Assembly (NCBI GenBank): GCA_910592345.1
Contig: CAJVPI010000008.1
Span: 62,001 to 96,855, forward strand
Source: Paraglomus brasilianum
Taxonomy: Eukaryota
Direction of reading: 5' to 3'
Length of the DNA: 34,855 nt
Made by a program: the position numbers and the translations under genes. This document shows, piece by piece, positions 1 through 13,885 of this stretch. The notes beneath the pieces were generated by a model, which saw only the letters and a list, made by a program, of their open reading frames with translations, was not told where the DNA came from and searched no databases. Within the stretch, counting starts at the first letter, position 1; the number at the start of each line of letters is the position of its first letter.

Positions 1-76
1 ATTTGTGATACAAGGGGTGGGACAATTCAATGAAGTCGAACTCTATAACCGTTTCTGAGAATAAGCTTTTTCTGCA

Positions 77-955
77 ATGAATAACAAAACAGAGGGGTCG
101 ACTAGCGTCAATAGTGAAGAACGAATAGTGTTGAATGTGGGAGGAATGAAGGTTAATAGCTGTCAAAACGCGGGATCGAGCATGCTGAATACCTGTCTAA
201 CATGGTTTAATACATTATATCTAATTCTATAGTAATCGACCTTTATTGTTTATATCAAGTACGAGACATACAGATCAACCCTCCTGTCACTTCCTACGTC
301 ACTCTTGGGTACAATGTTCTCATTGCGAAATTCAATGCTTCTTCATCCAACGAATAACAACGAATACTTTTTCGATCGTAATGGAAGAGCATTTCACTAT
401 ATCATAGAATATTATCGTACTGGACGATTGCGTTATCCACCGCCAAAATACTCATTAGTATCTTGCGAAGAACTAGAGACAGAGCTCGACTTTTTCCAAA
501 TCCCCATTCCACAACATTTGGTTCTGACACCTAAAGATTCAAAGCCCAAAGATCCAGCAGCAGTCACAGTTAACAGTTTCATCAGTATGTTACAAGCAGT
601 TGTTCGTGAGATTCGGGCAAATTTGGAGACCAAAGTTGAGGTTATTTTCCCATGGAGAGATAGAAGTAAGTTTAGTGTTGAACCAGATATTGCTGCTATT
701 ACTGATTTAATTCGTCCTTTTGATGTTACCGGATATAATGTGCTTGAGGCGTTTGGAAATCAGATTGGCAAGTATCTGAAGAAAACTGTGTCTGGGTTGA
801 TTTGGATATTGAACGAGCGTGATGCAAGTGCCAATTATCCACCAAGGTTTTATTTGATGATGAGTTTTAGCGTTGATAGTTTTGACTATCGGGCCATTGC
901 AAAAGAGACTGTACTACGAGAATTAAGTGACTCGAGAGAAGTGTACAGTGTATAA
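77..955 (+). CDS. BTB/POZ (KCTD/potassium-channel tetramerisation-type) domain protein, 2 exons (77-151, 260-955), ~256 aa
   Basis: Spliced translation reads MNNK...ERIVLNVGGMK|YETYRSTL...LLGTMF...EYFFDRNGRAFHYIIEYYRTG...ELDFFQIP, the classic BTB_2 motif set; GT-AG intron 152-259. Confidence 0.9.
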
Positions 956-1225
956 GTGACGTTTTCACATGCACTTGAACATGACAAAATGTAATAATAA
1001 ATTTTCTATAATAAACTATAATATTCACACTCGCCAATTCAGATGTCTCAATTGTAGTAAATGCTTTATGTCATATTTCATTTTGCAACAAATTTACATT
1101 AGTTCCATACCCCCGAACGAAAGCTGTCTGGTATATACAATGCGATTTTTTTTGGTGCGCTTAATGACAACGTGTGACAAAATTTAGCGCTAAAATCTAT
1201 ACATGATACGGTTAATTAAGTCTGA

Positions 1226-4200
1226 TTAACGTACAGCTGATGCCGCAAGCGTGTCGAACATTTTGGCCTAAATGTGAGAAAACGTTGATTGATTATAACA
1301 TTGTTTCATGCTATTGTTGCCAGTGCAAAAATCAAGACTCTTAACAAACCTTTGGTCGGATATCAATATCGCCATAGGATTTCTTCTGTTGTACATCAAT
1401 CACATCTTTTGTCTTCAACACCAACAGCTCAAAGAACAGCTTTACAGCATCTTGTCTCTTAGCCTAAAGCAAACATGCCGGATATGTCGCCATCAGTCGA
1501 AATTCCATTGCTTAATACCAAAACACTGATTCTCTTACCTTTCCAGCAACGGTTTCATAACTGATGGGCGTCTTTTCCCTCAACCTTCGGCTTCCACCCT
1601 CATTTGATGTTCTCTCAAATTCCCGCTGTAATAATCGCATAGCTTTGATTGTGTTCTTGCTAAATGTCACCTCGCTGCCTGTCTGCTGGTCTTGTGAATC
1701 GTCTTGATCGAATATAGTTAGGCCTTGAGGAGAACCTAAGAATTTGGAAAGAAACAGGAAACGCGCATGAAGGAATTAGACGTGATGCAAAGAGTGAGCT
1801 ATGTAGTGATGATGCACCACAGACAGTAAGTCTTTAAATGGTAGAAAGTACCTTCATCATCAGCCATATGTTCGGGTGATATATTCGAATTATCATTACC
1901 GGGAACTTGGGGTGGAGAATCTTTAAAAAAAGAAAGGTAATGAATTCAGAGACAGCAAGGATAGTAATGACTACTCGGCATAATATCAAGAACTCGGCTC
2001 AACAAACCCATATTATCGTCAAAAAAGTCTTGTGCATAGTCTGGAGACATCTACAAGATAATATCATACGTTATCTCAATTAACGTTTGTTGTTATAAAT
2101 TCACAGACATTTGTCTTCTTAAAATTTCACTTACCAAATCATTACCAAGAGCTTGGTCTCGCTGTTGACCGCCTTCGACCTGTCCAGGTCCCTCCTCTAC
2201 ACTGGCTGTTGAAATACCATTTTCCGCAGGCGTTTCAACAACTGGAGTATCATTCTCGGTTTGAATACTATCGGTGGGGAGCATTGGTTCAGGGGGTTGG
2301 GTTCGTATGCGTTTCCGAGAGAATAGACGGTGCAGCTCGGGAAGAATGTTGGCCGGGGCTGTTAAATCGAAGAAATAAAATACTCCGAGATTGCGGATTT
2401 CGCTCAAGCGTAAAAGTTTACGGGATGATGGGAGAAATGAAGGCTATGAAGCAAAAGAGAAAATAATCAAGAGAAAGGGATGAATAATTTAATCTGTAAC
2501 TAGGGATCGAGTTTGACATTGAATTTGACATGCACATAATTACCTTGGTTACAATATCAGAAGTATCTTTAACTTGTGCTGCTATATGCTTATTGGATAG
2601 TTCGGTAATCTCATCGAGGATCTTTCTCTTCCTTCGGTTTGAAGATGTGACAGGTTGCTGAGGCTCTGCTTCCGGAGATTGGAATTGAAATTCTGTTGTT
2701 GGTCAAGGTAAGTTGTAGATGTTAGGTTGATAAATGTATCGTTCGGAACATTTTACAAATCATTATACGCACGTTCTTCTTCATTATTACGCGGAGAAGC
2801 GTCAGGAGCGAACACTGGTGCTTCCGGATCATCCAGGTTTCTGTTTGTACAAATAGGATTTATTTTTTAGTCGGATACACGCGCGAGCCAATAACATCTG
2901 TTTTCGTCTATCGTATAATCAATCAAACCTTACTCCTCACCTGGCGCCATCTTCCAATCTCAAATGACGGAGTTCATCGCTCATTTGCAGTTCGTGATCG
3001 TAATCACCTATCAAGACGTTGACATCTACACCTTCTATATCCATTTCATTTCCCGATCTTTGCTCTGATAATTGCTGTTCAATATTTCCCTCTTGACCCT
3101 CTACTACTCCTCCTTCACCTTCTCTGTCCAATTCACTTAACCCACGATTAATCTCTCCATCAAGATTCAAATTGGTATCTTCTAATAAATTTTTATCGAT
3201 GTCCATATCATGTAGACCGATGATATCTTCTATTGCCATCTCCGTCCCTTGTGCAGCATCTCGTCGAGCGACTTCGACGTCTATAGCGCGTGGTGAACCA
3301 TGACTGCTACCCGATCCTTGAGCTATTCGAGGGTCGAGCTCGTCTTCGAAATTCAAAACCAAGTTTAGGCCACCGTCTTCGTCAAACGCATCACCGAGCA
3401 GGTCATCACCAACGGTGATATCGAGTGACATGTCGAATGAGTCGCGGATGGTAATGTCTTGTGGGCGGGAAGTATTAGATGGTTGGTGGGATGACACAAG
3501 AAGTGTCTGTGTCTGGTCATCCCATGCTCTATTTTTAAGGGAAAAAACCCAGTTCGTGGGAGAGATTCATTAAAAAGTTAGAGGACCCGAATTAGCAGGT
3601 AAAACACATTCGTCAATATATCGTTTTTGACAATTACGCGAGATTAAATCCGGGTTCGGGTAAAAGAATATCGTATTCCGTGATGTTATCCGGCAATGTG
3701 ATGGCATGGAAATTGGCGACAGTTGACTCTTCAGGCATATCCACTACACCTGGTGTGAATGCCTTTTACAAAGTAAATACATAAACCAACGACTTAACAA
3801 CATCATACACTCAAGAAAGCACGCTATTCACTGAATTTTCAAGTCATACCAGTTTGATCTTCACCAATGCCTCATTACAGTCTTCTAGTAAATATCTGGC
3901 TTTGCGTGAATATATACGGACCACCCCAAGTAGTAATTGGCCTGATAACCGTAAAGCCATTGGTGGTTGGTCACCGCCCAGGATTGCCCCTAAAGCGATA
4001 GATTTATGTCAAGTGAATAAATTCGAAAACGACAAGGCACCATATTGGTTGCGGCTAACGTAGCTGTTGAATGTTTGAAAGTGATCTGTAAAGAAAACGC
4101 GAAGCCAACTCACCAACAGAGTTCTGTATATTAGTTTGTAAGAATTGTGTTTTACTCAACTTGCGTTCCCAGTGTGCGGCTAGCCATACTTTGGCTAATG

Positions 4201-4357
4201 GGCCCTATTTTGTTTACTTGTTATATTAGTTTCGTCTGGTATCAACAAGATAAACCCGCACGCACGCCCAGCAAACGTGTATATTGACTGCTCGATTCTT
4301 GTCTTGTCTTGTCTGTTTCTATACCTTTTTAGATAATATAGCCTCCGAATAGAACAT
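1226..4357 (-). CDS. RAD21: Cohesin kleisin subunit Rad21/Scc1/Mcd1, multi-exon
   Basis: N-terminus [27 protein letters not shown] and [28 protein letters not shown]-terminal winged helix [38 protein letters not shown]; acidic middle with an ExxR separase-type site (VEVARR). Confidence 0.93.
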
Positions 4358-4532
4358 TACTTTTTTATTACTTGTTTAACTTTTATTGTTATAATTGGTA
4401 TGGTGGTTTTTTTTTTTGAATTGTGAAGTTCTATGGAAAATACAGGAATATACCGAACACGAAGAGAATGACGCTAAAAATGAGCAGCACACTCTGCCTT
4501 TGTTCGGTAATGTGTGCTAATTGGGTATATTG

Positions 4533-4542
4533 ATGACGTCAT
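4533..4542. promoter_or_regulatory. Perfect CRE/ATF-type palindrome ATGACGTCAT about 175 bp upstream of the RAD21 start codon
   Basis: Exact TGACGTCA bZIP site in the short ATP14-RAD21 intergenic region; function not shown. Confidence 0.35.
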
Positions 4543-4713
4543 AATTAAATTGCCAATCATCAAGTAATTGTGATCATATCAGCGAGTGATGGGGATATGA
4601 ATGTTCAGTATTATAAAACCGTCGATTATAGTGTTCTTTTTATTTCACTTCACAATAGTATAATCTCGCCGAGATTACATCCGCCGGCTTTCACCGAATC
4701 TTTCTACATTTAC

Positions 4714-5564
4714 TTAATGACCTGCAGATTCGGGGGGCGGGGTGAAAAGAGTGTCAAGAGGAGGTGGTCGTTCTTCCAAACCGCCCAATAATTCGTTTTC
4801 TAAGATTGTCTCAACAGCAGCCGCTTCTGGTTCTGGCTCATCAACTTCATATGATGCCAATTGCGTTGAATAATCTCCGTCGATCACAGGAGGCTGAAAA
4901 TTATAAACGTCAAGCAAGCAAGCAAGCAATAGATATTAAGACCAATTACTACTAACAAGATGCTGCTCATCATTCAATAATAAAGTTATCTGAACCTTTT
5001 GTGGCGATGGCATGTGCAATTCTTTCGCCGCACCAACTTCAGCTCCAATTTTCTGTATCAAGATATCATACTAGTTAGTCCCGTAATAAACTCCTCTCCC
5101 CTCCCAAAATGAAAAAAAGAAACGGTTTTGTCGTACCTCTAGCGAGGGTTTGTATTGTTTCATCTCCTTCAAATACAAGTCCAAAATCACATCTTACAAG
5201 GGATTATAGAATTGTTGGCGTAAGAGAGTGAACACTAAAATAAACACATTGGGAACTAAAGTCAATTAAACCTTTCATGAGCGGAGTCGAGGGAGCAGAG
5301 AACTTCCTAACAGCGACATTGGATAGCCGTGCATTAGAAGCTGTTTGAAATAGTGAATGCTATACAAATGTTGGGAGAATAACAAATGTTGTATCAAGTT
5401 ATTGCTTGAGAGGTGAATGAGCAACAATCTTATCGTCTGGGTTCATTCAAGATTTTTTGAGGTGCATTCTTCAATTTACAGGTTTGTTTGCATATTCGCA
5501 GCCGCGCTAACATTTGACATACCGAAAGATTAGAGGAGCGAAGGAACAAACGAGATCCAGCCAT
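4714..5564 (-). CDS. ATP14: Mitochondrial ATP synthase subunit h (F6 homolog), 5 exons
   Basis: Spliced: MAGSRLFLRSSNLS|HSLFQTASNARLSNVAVRKFSAPSTPLMK|DVILDLYLKEMKQYKP...|...PPVIDGDYSTQLASYE. Arg/Ser-rich presequence followed by the D-x-x-x-D-L-Y-L-K/R-E-x-K-x-Y-K-P motif of fungal subunit h, then an acidic tail. Confidence 0.82.
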
Positions 5565-6499
5565 CAATGCAAAGAATATTGTCGTAAGTGAATGTTTTGC
5601 TTCATCTCAAGAATGGACAAAAACCCGATGATTGGCTGATCGGTAAGTAATACTAGAAATTTTTGTTCAGCCTGTGTGATCACATGCCACATTCTCAACT
5701 CGACAAAGAATGGGGACAAGCTATGATCGCGCCGCGAAAATAGTGTTAGCATAGTATAAAAGAATGTGATTCAAGGAAGAAATCAGTCTTTACGTTAAAT
5801 TAACGAAACATACAAAGATGAACTATATTACATTAACAAAGAAAGATTTTCAGGACTTCTGTCGTAAAAAGAACATATACACATCAATATGCAAAATGCA
5901 ATAAATTTCTTTTTATAACAGACCAGTTCTAAGCCGTACTTGGTGTGCCTCACTTTCGAGGAAGTGTGCTCAATAAAGAATTTAAAGTAAACTGTTCTTT
6001 CCTTTATGCATGTAGGTAGAAGGGTGTTTCCATATGTTATCATTCGCTGGCTACCGTATAATTTGCGTGCCTCATTAAATTGTCTTTCAACAGTGAAGAG
6101 GCAAGCATTCAAGAAATGGTCATTCTCAATCTTTGAACAGAGCCCGGCAAGAATTAAAGTCAAAGCCATCAGTTTTTTCAAAGGCCACAAAACTTTGATT
6201 CCGCAAGTGTTTTGACGTACAATTCGGATTTATTATTATGGGTAGTTTCAGAATTGTTTAATACCATAAAGATATTGAGAGGACATAGACACAGAAATTT
6301 ACTATCCAACAACGCGCAACTCGGATATTTTGATCCGAAAATTAAACCTGATCAACATATTTATCCGAATTCCGGGACGTCAATAAACATTCTAATAAAA
6401 AATCCCATTTTTGTCAATCAAGAATGGGGGAGATGCTAATAGAAAAAGCTCAGTCTATCATGAATTCACCGAACTAGATTGTCCCCCTTCTTCTTTACC

Positions 6500-7398
6500 A
6501 TGGTATTAATGGCTGTTTCTGAATATGCCTTTTCTACGCTGAAGTTTATAGCGGTTGCCGTAGTTCTTTTCAATTACAAATCTTGGCCATTGGTTTATCA
6601 TATTCGAAGTTTTTTTGCTTACAGAAAAGGGTTGAAGAGACTGCGCGAGAAACAAAAGAATTTAATTTACACTTCAGTACAGAGTCACAGACTATGGCCT
6701 GATGATGTAGGCGATTTCATAACGAATCTGCTTGGCCGCTTTTTGTTCAGAGATCTAACAGTTATTTCTCATAATCTAGATGGATATAAATTTTCACATG
6801 AACAACAGGTAAGAGAGAGTAGAGATCATCTGTTTGTCTTGACAACACAAATTCAAAGAGTACCTCTTCCGTTTAGTTCATATAATAAGCTTTTGGATTA
6901 CGCCCGCTATGCTCATGTGGTTGGACAATGGGGTACTCCATTGATCAAGAAGGAATTATTTCTACACAACGCAGGTAATCACTTCACTCCTCTCTCGTAT
7001 CTTCCGAGCGATCATTTGTCTATTGCTTTCCTATAATAATTAATCTGTTCATAGGTGTTCAAACATTCTTCAAGAAAGAGATCCCACCATTTGCGGAATT
7101 CCTAGTCGAGACACGTCTTCTCAACTGGGATGAAAAATGGGTGTTCCTCGTTCACCGCTTTGTTCTGAAAAGGACAAAAGTAACTTCTTGCATTTGTACT
7201 AGTAAATTAGTATTCAAACAACCGAATGGAAAGACTGTCCGGCCAGAGAAGGTATTCGAATTGTGTGGATACGTTTGTAATAGTGAACAAGAACGGCAGG
7301 CGAGAGACATGTTAAGAGATAAAGGAAGGAAGTATGCCGAGTCTATACTTCAAATGGACGGGTTATTCGAAGAGAGTGAGTTTTGGAACGAGGATTGA
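6500..7398 (+). CDS. HotDog-fold thioesterase-like protein (4HBT-like; THEM6/YBR096W-type), 4 exons (6500-6706, 6780-6808, 6877-6974, 7055-7398)
   Basis: Spliced motif WPDD|MDINFHMNNS|SYNKLLDYARY, then FKKEIPPF...LLNWDEKWVFLVHRF...KLVFKQPNGKTVRP; hydrophobic N-terminal segment followed by KSWPLVYH. Confidence 0.8.
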
Positions 7399-7520
7399 TT
7401 GACTACTTAGAATTTTAATAATAATTAGTGATTAATTTTTTAAAACCGAGAAATGGCGTCTCTATACCACAAATATCCTGTTCATAATTGCAGGCTTTCC
7501 AATAAATAAAGGAAAGGGTC

Positions 7521-10271
7521 CTAATCAACATCTATTTCAAGAATTGCCATAAATCCACCTATGAGATGCAAACTTCCCGTGACTAAGACCTGCAAACTCG
7601 CGTCAGTTTTTTTGCTATATTCTGTTATCCAATTTATTGCATGTTCAATGGTCGGTAGAACGTGAGTATCGCAGGTATGTCCAGCGTTCTTTGGCTTTAT
7701 TACCAACCCCTTCCATGTCTCAGCCAATGTATGTTGCAGGCTTAGTGTAGGATCATCCTCTACCGTGTTATGATGCAGGTCTAGTGATATAGGATTCGAA
7801 CAGAATGAAATGACAGAATATGATTCAAGTATATGTTTAATCATAAACAGCTGAACAGCACTTACCAATCTTGTAATTATTTGTCAAAGACGGTATATTA
7901 GTGCAAAATACTGCATGATCAAATCTATTTTTCTGATGTATTAAACCGAGTTCTTCCAACAACGGTTGTCCAATACGGTCTTTGGTACAGCTGAATAGCA
8001 AAATTCTCTCCGTGGTAGACTCGCTATACAAGGCAAAGAATTAGCAGCAAATTTCGAGTCTTGCAAATTAGAAATTTCCATTAAATGTAGTATATAATTC
8101 TTACTTGGCTTCCGCATGTTGACTTGTAACATCACTGAACCATTTTGCGCATGCCTGAAAATTTTGCAGAGACCTAAGTTACGTGACTAAAATACACCCC
8201 ATCTGATTCAACCTCCTACCTTAATACTTTCAGCAGTATGTGCTCCATCAAGGAACCAGGTAATCTTGGGATACCTTTGATCATTGACTATATGTCCACG
8301 ACCAGGATAGTGGGCTGATTGCAAACCTTTCATAAATTCTCTCGGAGGATTTTGTTCCGAAATTCGAATATTATGGCATCTCTGGAGCCATACACGACAC
8401 AATTCGATTGCAAGAGCAGCATTTGTAAGTTGATGGTCTCCTGGTAAACCTTGTATAGAAAGGTGTAGAAATATATTAACACGACTAGAATGACAAGTAA
8501 TAATCCAAAAGTTGTACTAACCCAAAGTAGCGCCATGCAAGCTTTCTTTGGTCAGCGGTTGGACTTGTTTCAGAGGAGCCTTTATAATATTTATTCGTGA
8601 GCCACAAAAAAAAATCGTTTACCCGCAATCACGTCAATGTTTTGTATATTCCACATTTTTCGCGGGCCATGACCTGCGACAAATTGAGATTCAAAAATGA
8701 ACTCGGGTTCAATTTGACCAAATCGCTAGTCTCTCCAAAAACAATGACAATAAAGCCGTTCAAACAAGTATGACACGTCACTTAATAAGGTCCATAGACT
8801 CAATCCGGTGTTAACGCGCTAGCAAGCATTCTCCATCATAAATCGCTGAATGACTTATATTGACAATTCAATATTGAATTAGCTTTGGTAAAAACATCTC
8901 CAAAGTAAATCAAACTAGGTTTGAACCACAGAACGTTTGTTCAGTTTTGCCTCAATTTGTCATCAGTTGGCAACCACGAAAAATGGGTTTGTATTTTTGT
9001 CAAGCTACTTCAAACTTGCCTTTACTTCTTCTGCACGCTTCATCAACACTTTCATGCCTTCTGTTTGTTGCTCAACTGTGACAGCAGGCACACTATGCTA
9101 AAAAAGTGTCGACAAAACGTTCAAGTCAGTTTAGCTAAAAGAAATTTTAACATTTTCATCCACACTTACTTTGAATATTCCACCTTTGTTCCAGGCTATT
9201 GAAGCAAGTGTGTGACCTAAAAGAGACTGATGCTCATAACCAAGAGATGCAACTCCACACACTATTGGCTTCTCGATAATATTTGTTGGATCGTACGCCC
9301 CACCAATACCAACTTCGATGATTGCTACATCAACCTACGCCCGGATGTTATATTAGAAGGGGATAGTATCAAACATGCATAAACATACTTACGACAAGAT
9401 ACCTTTTTCCGCATGAAACTATGGAATGCCAAAAGAGTGAGAAAGCGGAAATATTCTGGAGTGTTAATTGGAATACCATCAATCAACTAAAAAAAGCGCG
9501 CCTTGTCAGTAAACTTTTAGCAAACTCAAACAATTCTTGATTAGCAAAACCGACCATTCCCGGATTGGCAGCCTCAGCCTTGTTTAATCTTTCACAAACT
9601 TCGAAACAGTAATTAGTAAAATCTTCTTTATTCAATTTCTTCCCATCGATCCTAATCCGCTCACGAACCGATCTAAGATGAGGAGACGTATATGTGCCTA
9701 TAAAAAGAAAAATAAAAAAAAAAGTGTTAAAAATTAGAAGCGTTAAGAAGCTTAATTAATCCTTTAGAAACCGTGTGTCAAAGCATATACCGAAGCGAAG
9801 TCGAGGCATTCCATCCATATGTCTGAGATTCCTCAGTATGGATTCAGTAAACATGCATACGGATCCTTTTCCTTTACTACCAGAGATGTGTATAATATTC
9901 AGCTTATCGAAATCCCTTGGCTATATAAAAGTTAGTCGATATATGGCTTCGTTTATTCGTATCATAAATCTTCCTTACAACCTCGTATCCAATTCTCCTG
10001 CAATATTCCCTCATTTCAGGTAGACTTCTATCATTAAGCTTACCACCTGACTGACGTATGCTTTCAAGGACCGAAGCGTTAGTTTTTAGAGTACCCAAGA
10101 AATCTATTACTTTCTTGTATATTCGAAAGAAATTAATTCCTATATACCATTATTCAGCGTCGAACTTTAGTTGTCATTTACCTCATATGATTTCTCCATA
10201 TTTCTCGTTGCTGATACACTAAAGTAGGTCTTGAAAATCAAGTGCTTGAAATCAGCTCTAATATGAGGCAT
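7521..10271 (-). CDS. MET7: Folylpolyglutamate synthase (FPGS/Met7 family), multi-exon, two in-frame ATGs (10271 and 10199)
   Basis: Motifs [77 protein letters not shown] and [12 protein letters not shown] spread across exons. Confidence 0.93.
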
Positions 10272-11269
10272 ACTGTGCAATAAATTTATAGGCTTGTTTC
10301 ATGTCAAAATTTAACAAAATCTGTTCAAGGTTACCAAATTAGTGTACTATTATCCAAAAAGCTTTTACTTGGAGATTAGAGTATTGATTCACGGATCAAG
10401 TCCAGAAATGAATAATTATAGTGCAGCACGTACAGTCTCACGAGAAGAAACGAGTTATAGAATGTTGCTGAAATGGAAGAAGGTTGTAATTGGAAAGTCC
10501 ACAGCGAATGATGCATTTTAATAGTACAGCTAATTATTGAAACGAACATACAAAAGTATTCCACTATGGCGATAGGGAAACTATACTTGAATCGTTTAAT
10601 CAGAGAGAGTCTAAAGAGAAGCTTGATACGATAGACATAAACGATGACGCGCTTTATTACTATCTTCATTCCGTCTACTATATGATGTGTGTTTGGACCT
10701 ATCAACCTTCAATATCTATAATCTAAAATGGAGCATTTTACATTCTTGATATTAGTCGCATGTCTTTACAATTTGTTCTACATGGTATCGTTCTTTTAAA
10801 TTGATCACTCAATGTTCGGCCGCGGTAGTACACGAATTATTTTCGCCAGAGTTTAATAATTCGTTCATTCTTTTCCTAGCGTCTCTCCATTTGAAATGTC
10901 TAGCTGTATTGACAACAAATTTTAGCTTGTCGGGATCACAGATATTCAATTCGCCTCGAAAGTTTTCCTAATAATATTAATTATCGATTTTCCTGCACAG
11001 ACGGAAGAAGACAGTCGTGTAACGCATGCTAATATCGACGGTGACGTTTCACTTGACGAGATCGTAATCGTAAAGTTAGCTTCACAATCCTGATTTGTCG
11101 CATGCCTGCAGTATGTCTATTATCATTTTGACAGGTCCCCTAATGCTAATTATAACCGATATCACAGAATGATGTCATCATCAGATGCTTCAATAATGCA
11201 TACTGAAGACATCTATGAACTCACAATACACTCATACACAAAAACCCATCACATCACCACGGACCTCAA

Positions 11270-11988
11270 ATGACACATCTATCAATTCAACGAACATCTT
11301 ACTCACAACAATACTACCCAGAAACACTTCTCACTCCAGCAACCACTTCTACTCGCACACACCATTCTCAACAACAACAGCAAACACCACCACCACCGCT
11401 ACCACAGCAACAAACACTCCCCGGCTCGTTTCCCACCTCACGTACTTACACAGAACAGCCAGCCCAATACTCACAAACCTCTTCACTTCACAGACGAAAC
11501 TCTCCGCCTCCTTCTCTCACCCCTTATGCTAGCGATATGAGTGTAAAAGGGACCAGAGACATGAACGGAGTAGCTAGGAAGGATATGTACGAGTACACAG
11601 CACCCTGGAGTGTGTATGGATTAGACTGGAGTAAGCGGCCTGGTGACAAAGCATTTAGATTGGCACTCGGAAGTTTCATAGAAGAATATGCTAACAAGGT
11701 ATGTGAATCTTGAGGATGAAGAGCAAGAGGGATAGAATTTGAAGTATGCAATGCCGCATTAACAGTATTGAATGCACATTAGCTGAATGTGAGAATAAAA
11801 AAATTTTATACAAAAGGCAGACTATAATTGTTATAACGTAATTCTGAATTATGGGATAATGACTACCCATGAGAAACTGTCAAAAAAAGTTTAGTATTAA
11901 GTCATTAAATAGGAGATAGAGGTTAGTGAAAATAATATGCCAAATTGTCAAGCAGAAGAATGAATCAATAGCGGTACGGCGAATTGCA

Positions 11989-12020
<32 letters not shown>

Positions 12021-13885
12021 AGCAACAACAACAACAACGATAGTAACAACGACAACAAGGACAACAACGGCAGCAAGGGCAACAACACAATTCATCATTA
12101 TCGTTTATAATGTATATAGTCAATTACGCCAACTTCGACTTCAATAATCTTTAAACATCGTCTCTGAATGAATGAACGAATGAATAAATCGATCAATCGA
12201 CAGTCAATCAATCAATCAATTACTCTTTGAAATCTAATTCCTTGTGTTTAATTCTCGTTCAATTTCAGTTACAAATAATAGCATTATCAGACACGGTCTA
12301 TGATGATCCCTACCAACGCCCGTCTACTGGCGATTTCGTCAAAATAGCTGAAGTCGATCATCACTACCCCATAACGAAAGTGCTATGGGAACCAAATAAG
12401 GTACGATAGAGAGGTAGGATTAATGGGAGAAGCAACTAAAAAAAAAAGGCCAAGCAATATTCATTTTTCCATGACTGACTGACCATGTTAATTATAAAAA
12501 GGGTGGTCTAAAAACCCCCGACCTGCTCGCCACGACCGGCGATCACTTACGTTTATGGGAGATTATAGATGATGTTAACACTACAAGTAATACCATTGGA
12601 GCGAATAATGGAACTGGGGTGCGAACACAGAGATTAAATCACCGACAATTGTTAACGAATGTAAGTCTCGGCTATAGTTGCGGAAAAAAAAAGTGAAAGG
12701 AGGATGCTACTGAAAAAAATCTTCAGAATGCCTTTTAATTTATATTTTCTGACAACCGTCAATATATTGACGTTATCAGGCCTCTCTTATTTTTTTATCA
12801 TCATCCTATTATATACCCTCACTTGACTTTTCGTTCCCTCATTCCCTCTGATTATCTCCCATTTTTTAATCAGACCAAAGCAGATTTTAATGCGCCGCTA
12901 ACATCCTTCGACTGGAATGAAATCGATACTTCCTTGGCAGTAACTTCGAGCATCGATACGACGTGTACTGTCTGGAATGTAGAAACTACACAGGCAAAAA
13001 CACAACTTATTGCACATGACAAAGAAGTATACGATGTTGCTTTCGCGTCGGGGAGTATAGATGTCTTTGCAAGCGTTGGCGCAGATGGGAGCGTAAGGAT
13101 GTTCGATTTGAGGTAAATTTACGCTGCATTACTGGGAATAGATCAATAGAACGAAAGAATAATCTATCGTGTCTACGGGATTGCTATTACTTCCAAAGCC
13201 AATTTATTATTTACAATTTTCCTTTTGCGGTTTTAAAGATCATTAGAACACTCAACGATAATCTACGAAACGCCTACGAATCCACTTCCACCCCAACTCT
13301 CCGCCTCTCAACACACCGCCTCTAATCCGCAGCTGTCTCTTCTTCGATTGTGTTTCAACAAACTCGATTCCAATTATCTTGCCACATTTCACATGGACTC
13401 TCCCGATGTACAGATATTGGATGTTAGAGTTCCTGGAATGCCTGTTGCGGAGTTGAGGGGTCATACGGCAACTGTTAATTGCGTTTCCTGGGCACCTAAT
13501 AGTTCCAGTCTTCTTTGTAGTGGAGGTATGAAAGAGGTGTACATGGCAGACTATCCAAGGAGAGAGAGAGATAGTAGGCTTATATATAAAACGCAATAGA
13601 CTAATTATGTTCTAATCTGTCATCCATTGGTTGTACTTAACGAATTCATTTGCCTTCCCCGTTCCCCATCTCCCCGACACAGGCGATGATTCACAAGTAC
13701 TAGTATGGGATGTCCAACTTCAATCACCAGTTTCCCCCCCTCATCCAAGTCCGCGTGAACTCCAACAAGTTCCTTCATTAGCTTATAGAGCGTCGGCAGA
13801 AATCTGCCAATTAAGCTGGAGTTCGGCTTCACCTACATGGGTTGCAATAGGATTTAACAGGACTGTTCAAGCATTGCGAGTATGA
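11270..13885 (+). CDS. WD40-repeat protein of the DCAF7/WDR68/An11 (YPL247C-like) family, 6 exons, with Q/P-rich N-terminal extension
   Basis: Motifs [100 protein letters not shown]; start codon choice is less certain. Confidence 0.92.
11987..12090 (+). repeat. Compound trinucleotide microsatellite (ACG)~10 followed by degenerate (ACA)n in intron 1 of the WD40 gene
   Basis: Pure ACG run at 11989-12020 followed by ACA/GCA variants; it explains the spurious poly-Thr and poly-Val ORFs. Confidence 0.9.

Noticed and set aside
5828..6439. Short ORFs between ATP14 and the thioesterase-like gene
   Set aside because: No recognisable domain and no consistent exon chain.
8955..8970. CTGATGA on the minus strand (hammerhead core or box C)
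   Set aside because: No properly placed stem-GAAA and no convincing terminal box D with closing stem.
11880..12147. Poly-Val and poly-Thr ORFs
   Set aside because: Artefacts of the intronic ACG/ACA microsatellite.
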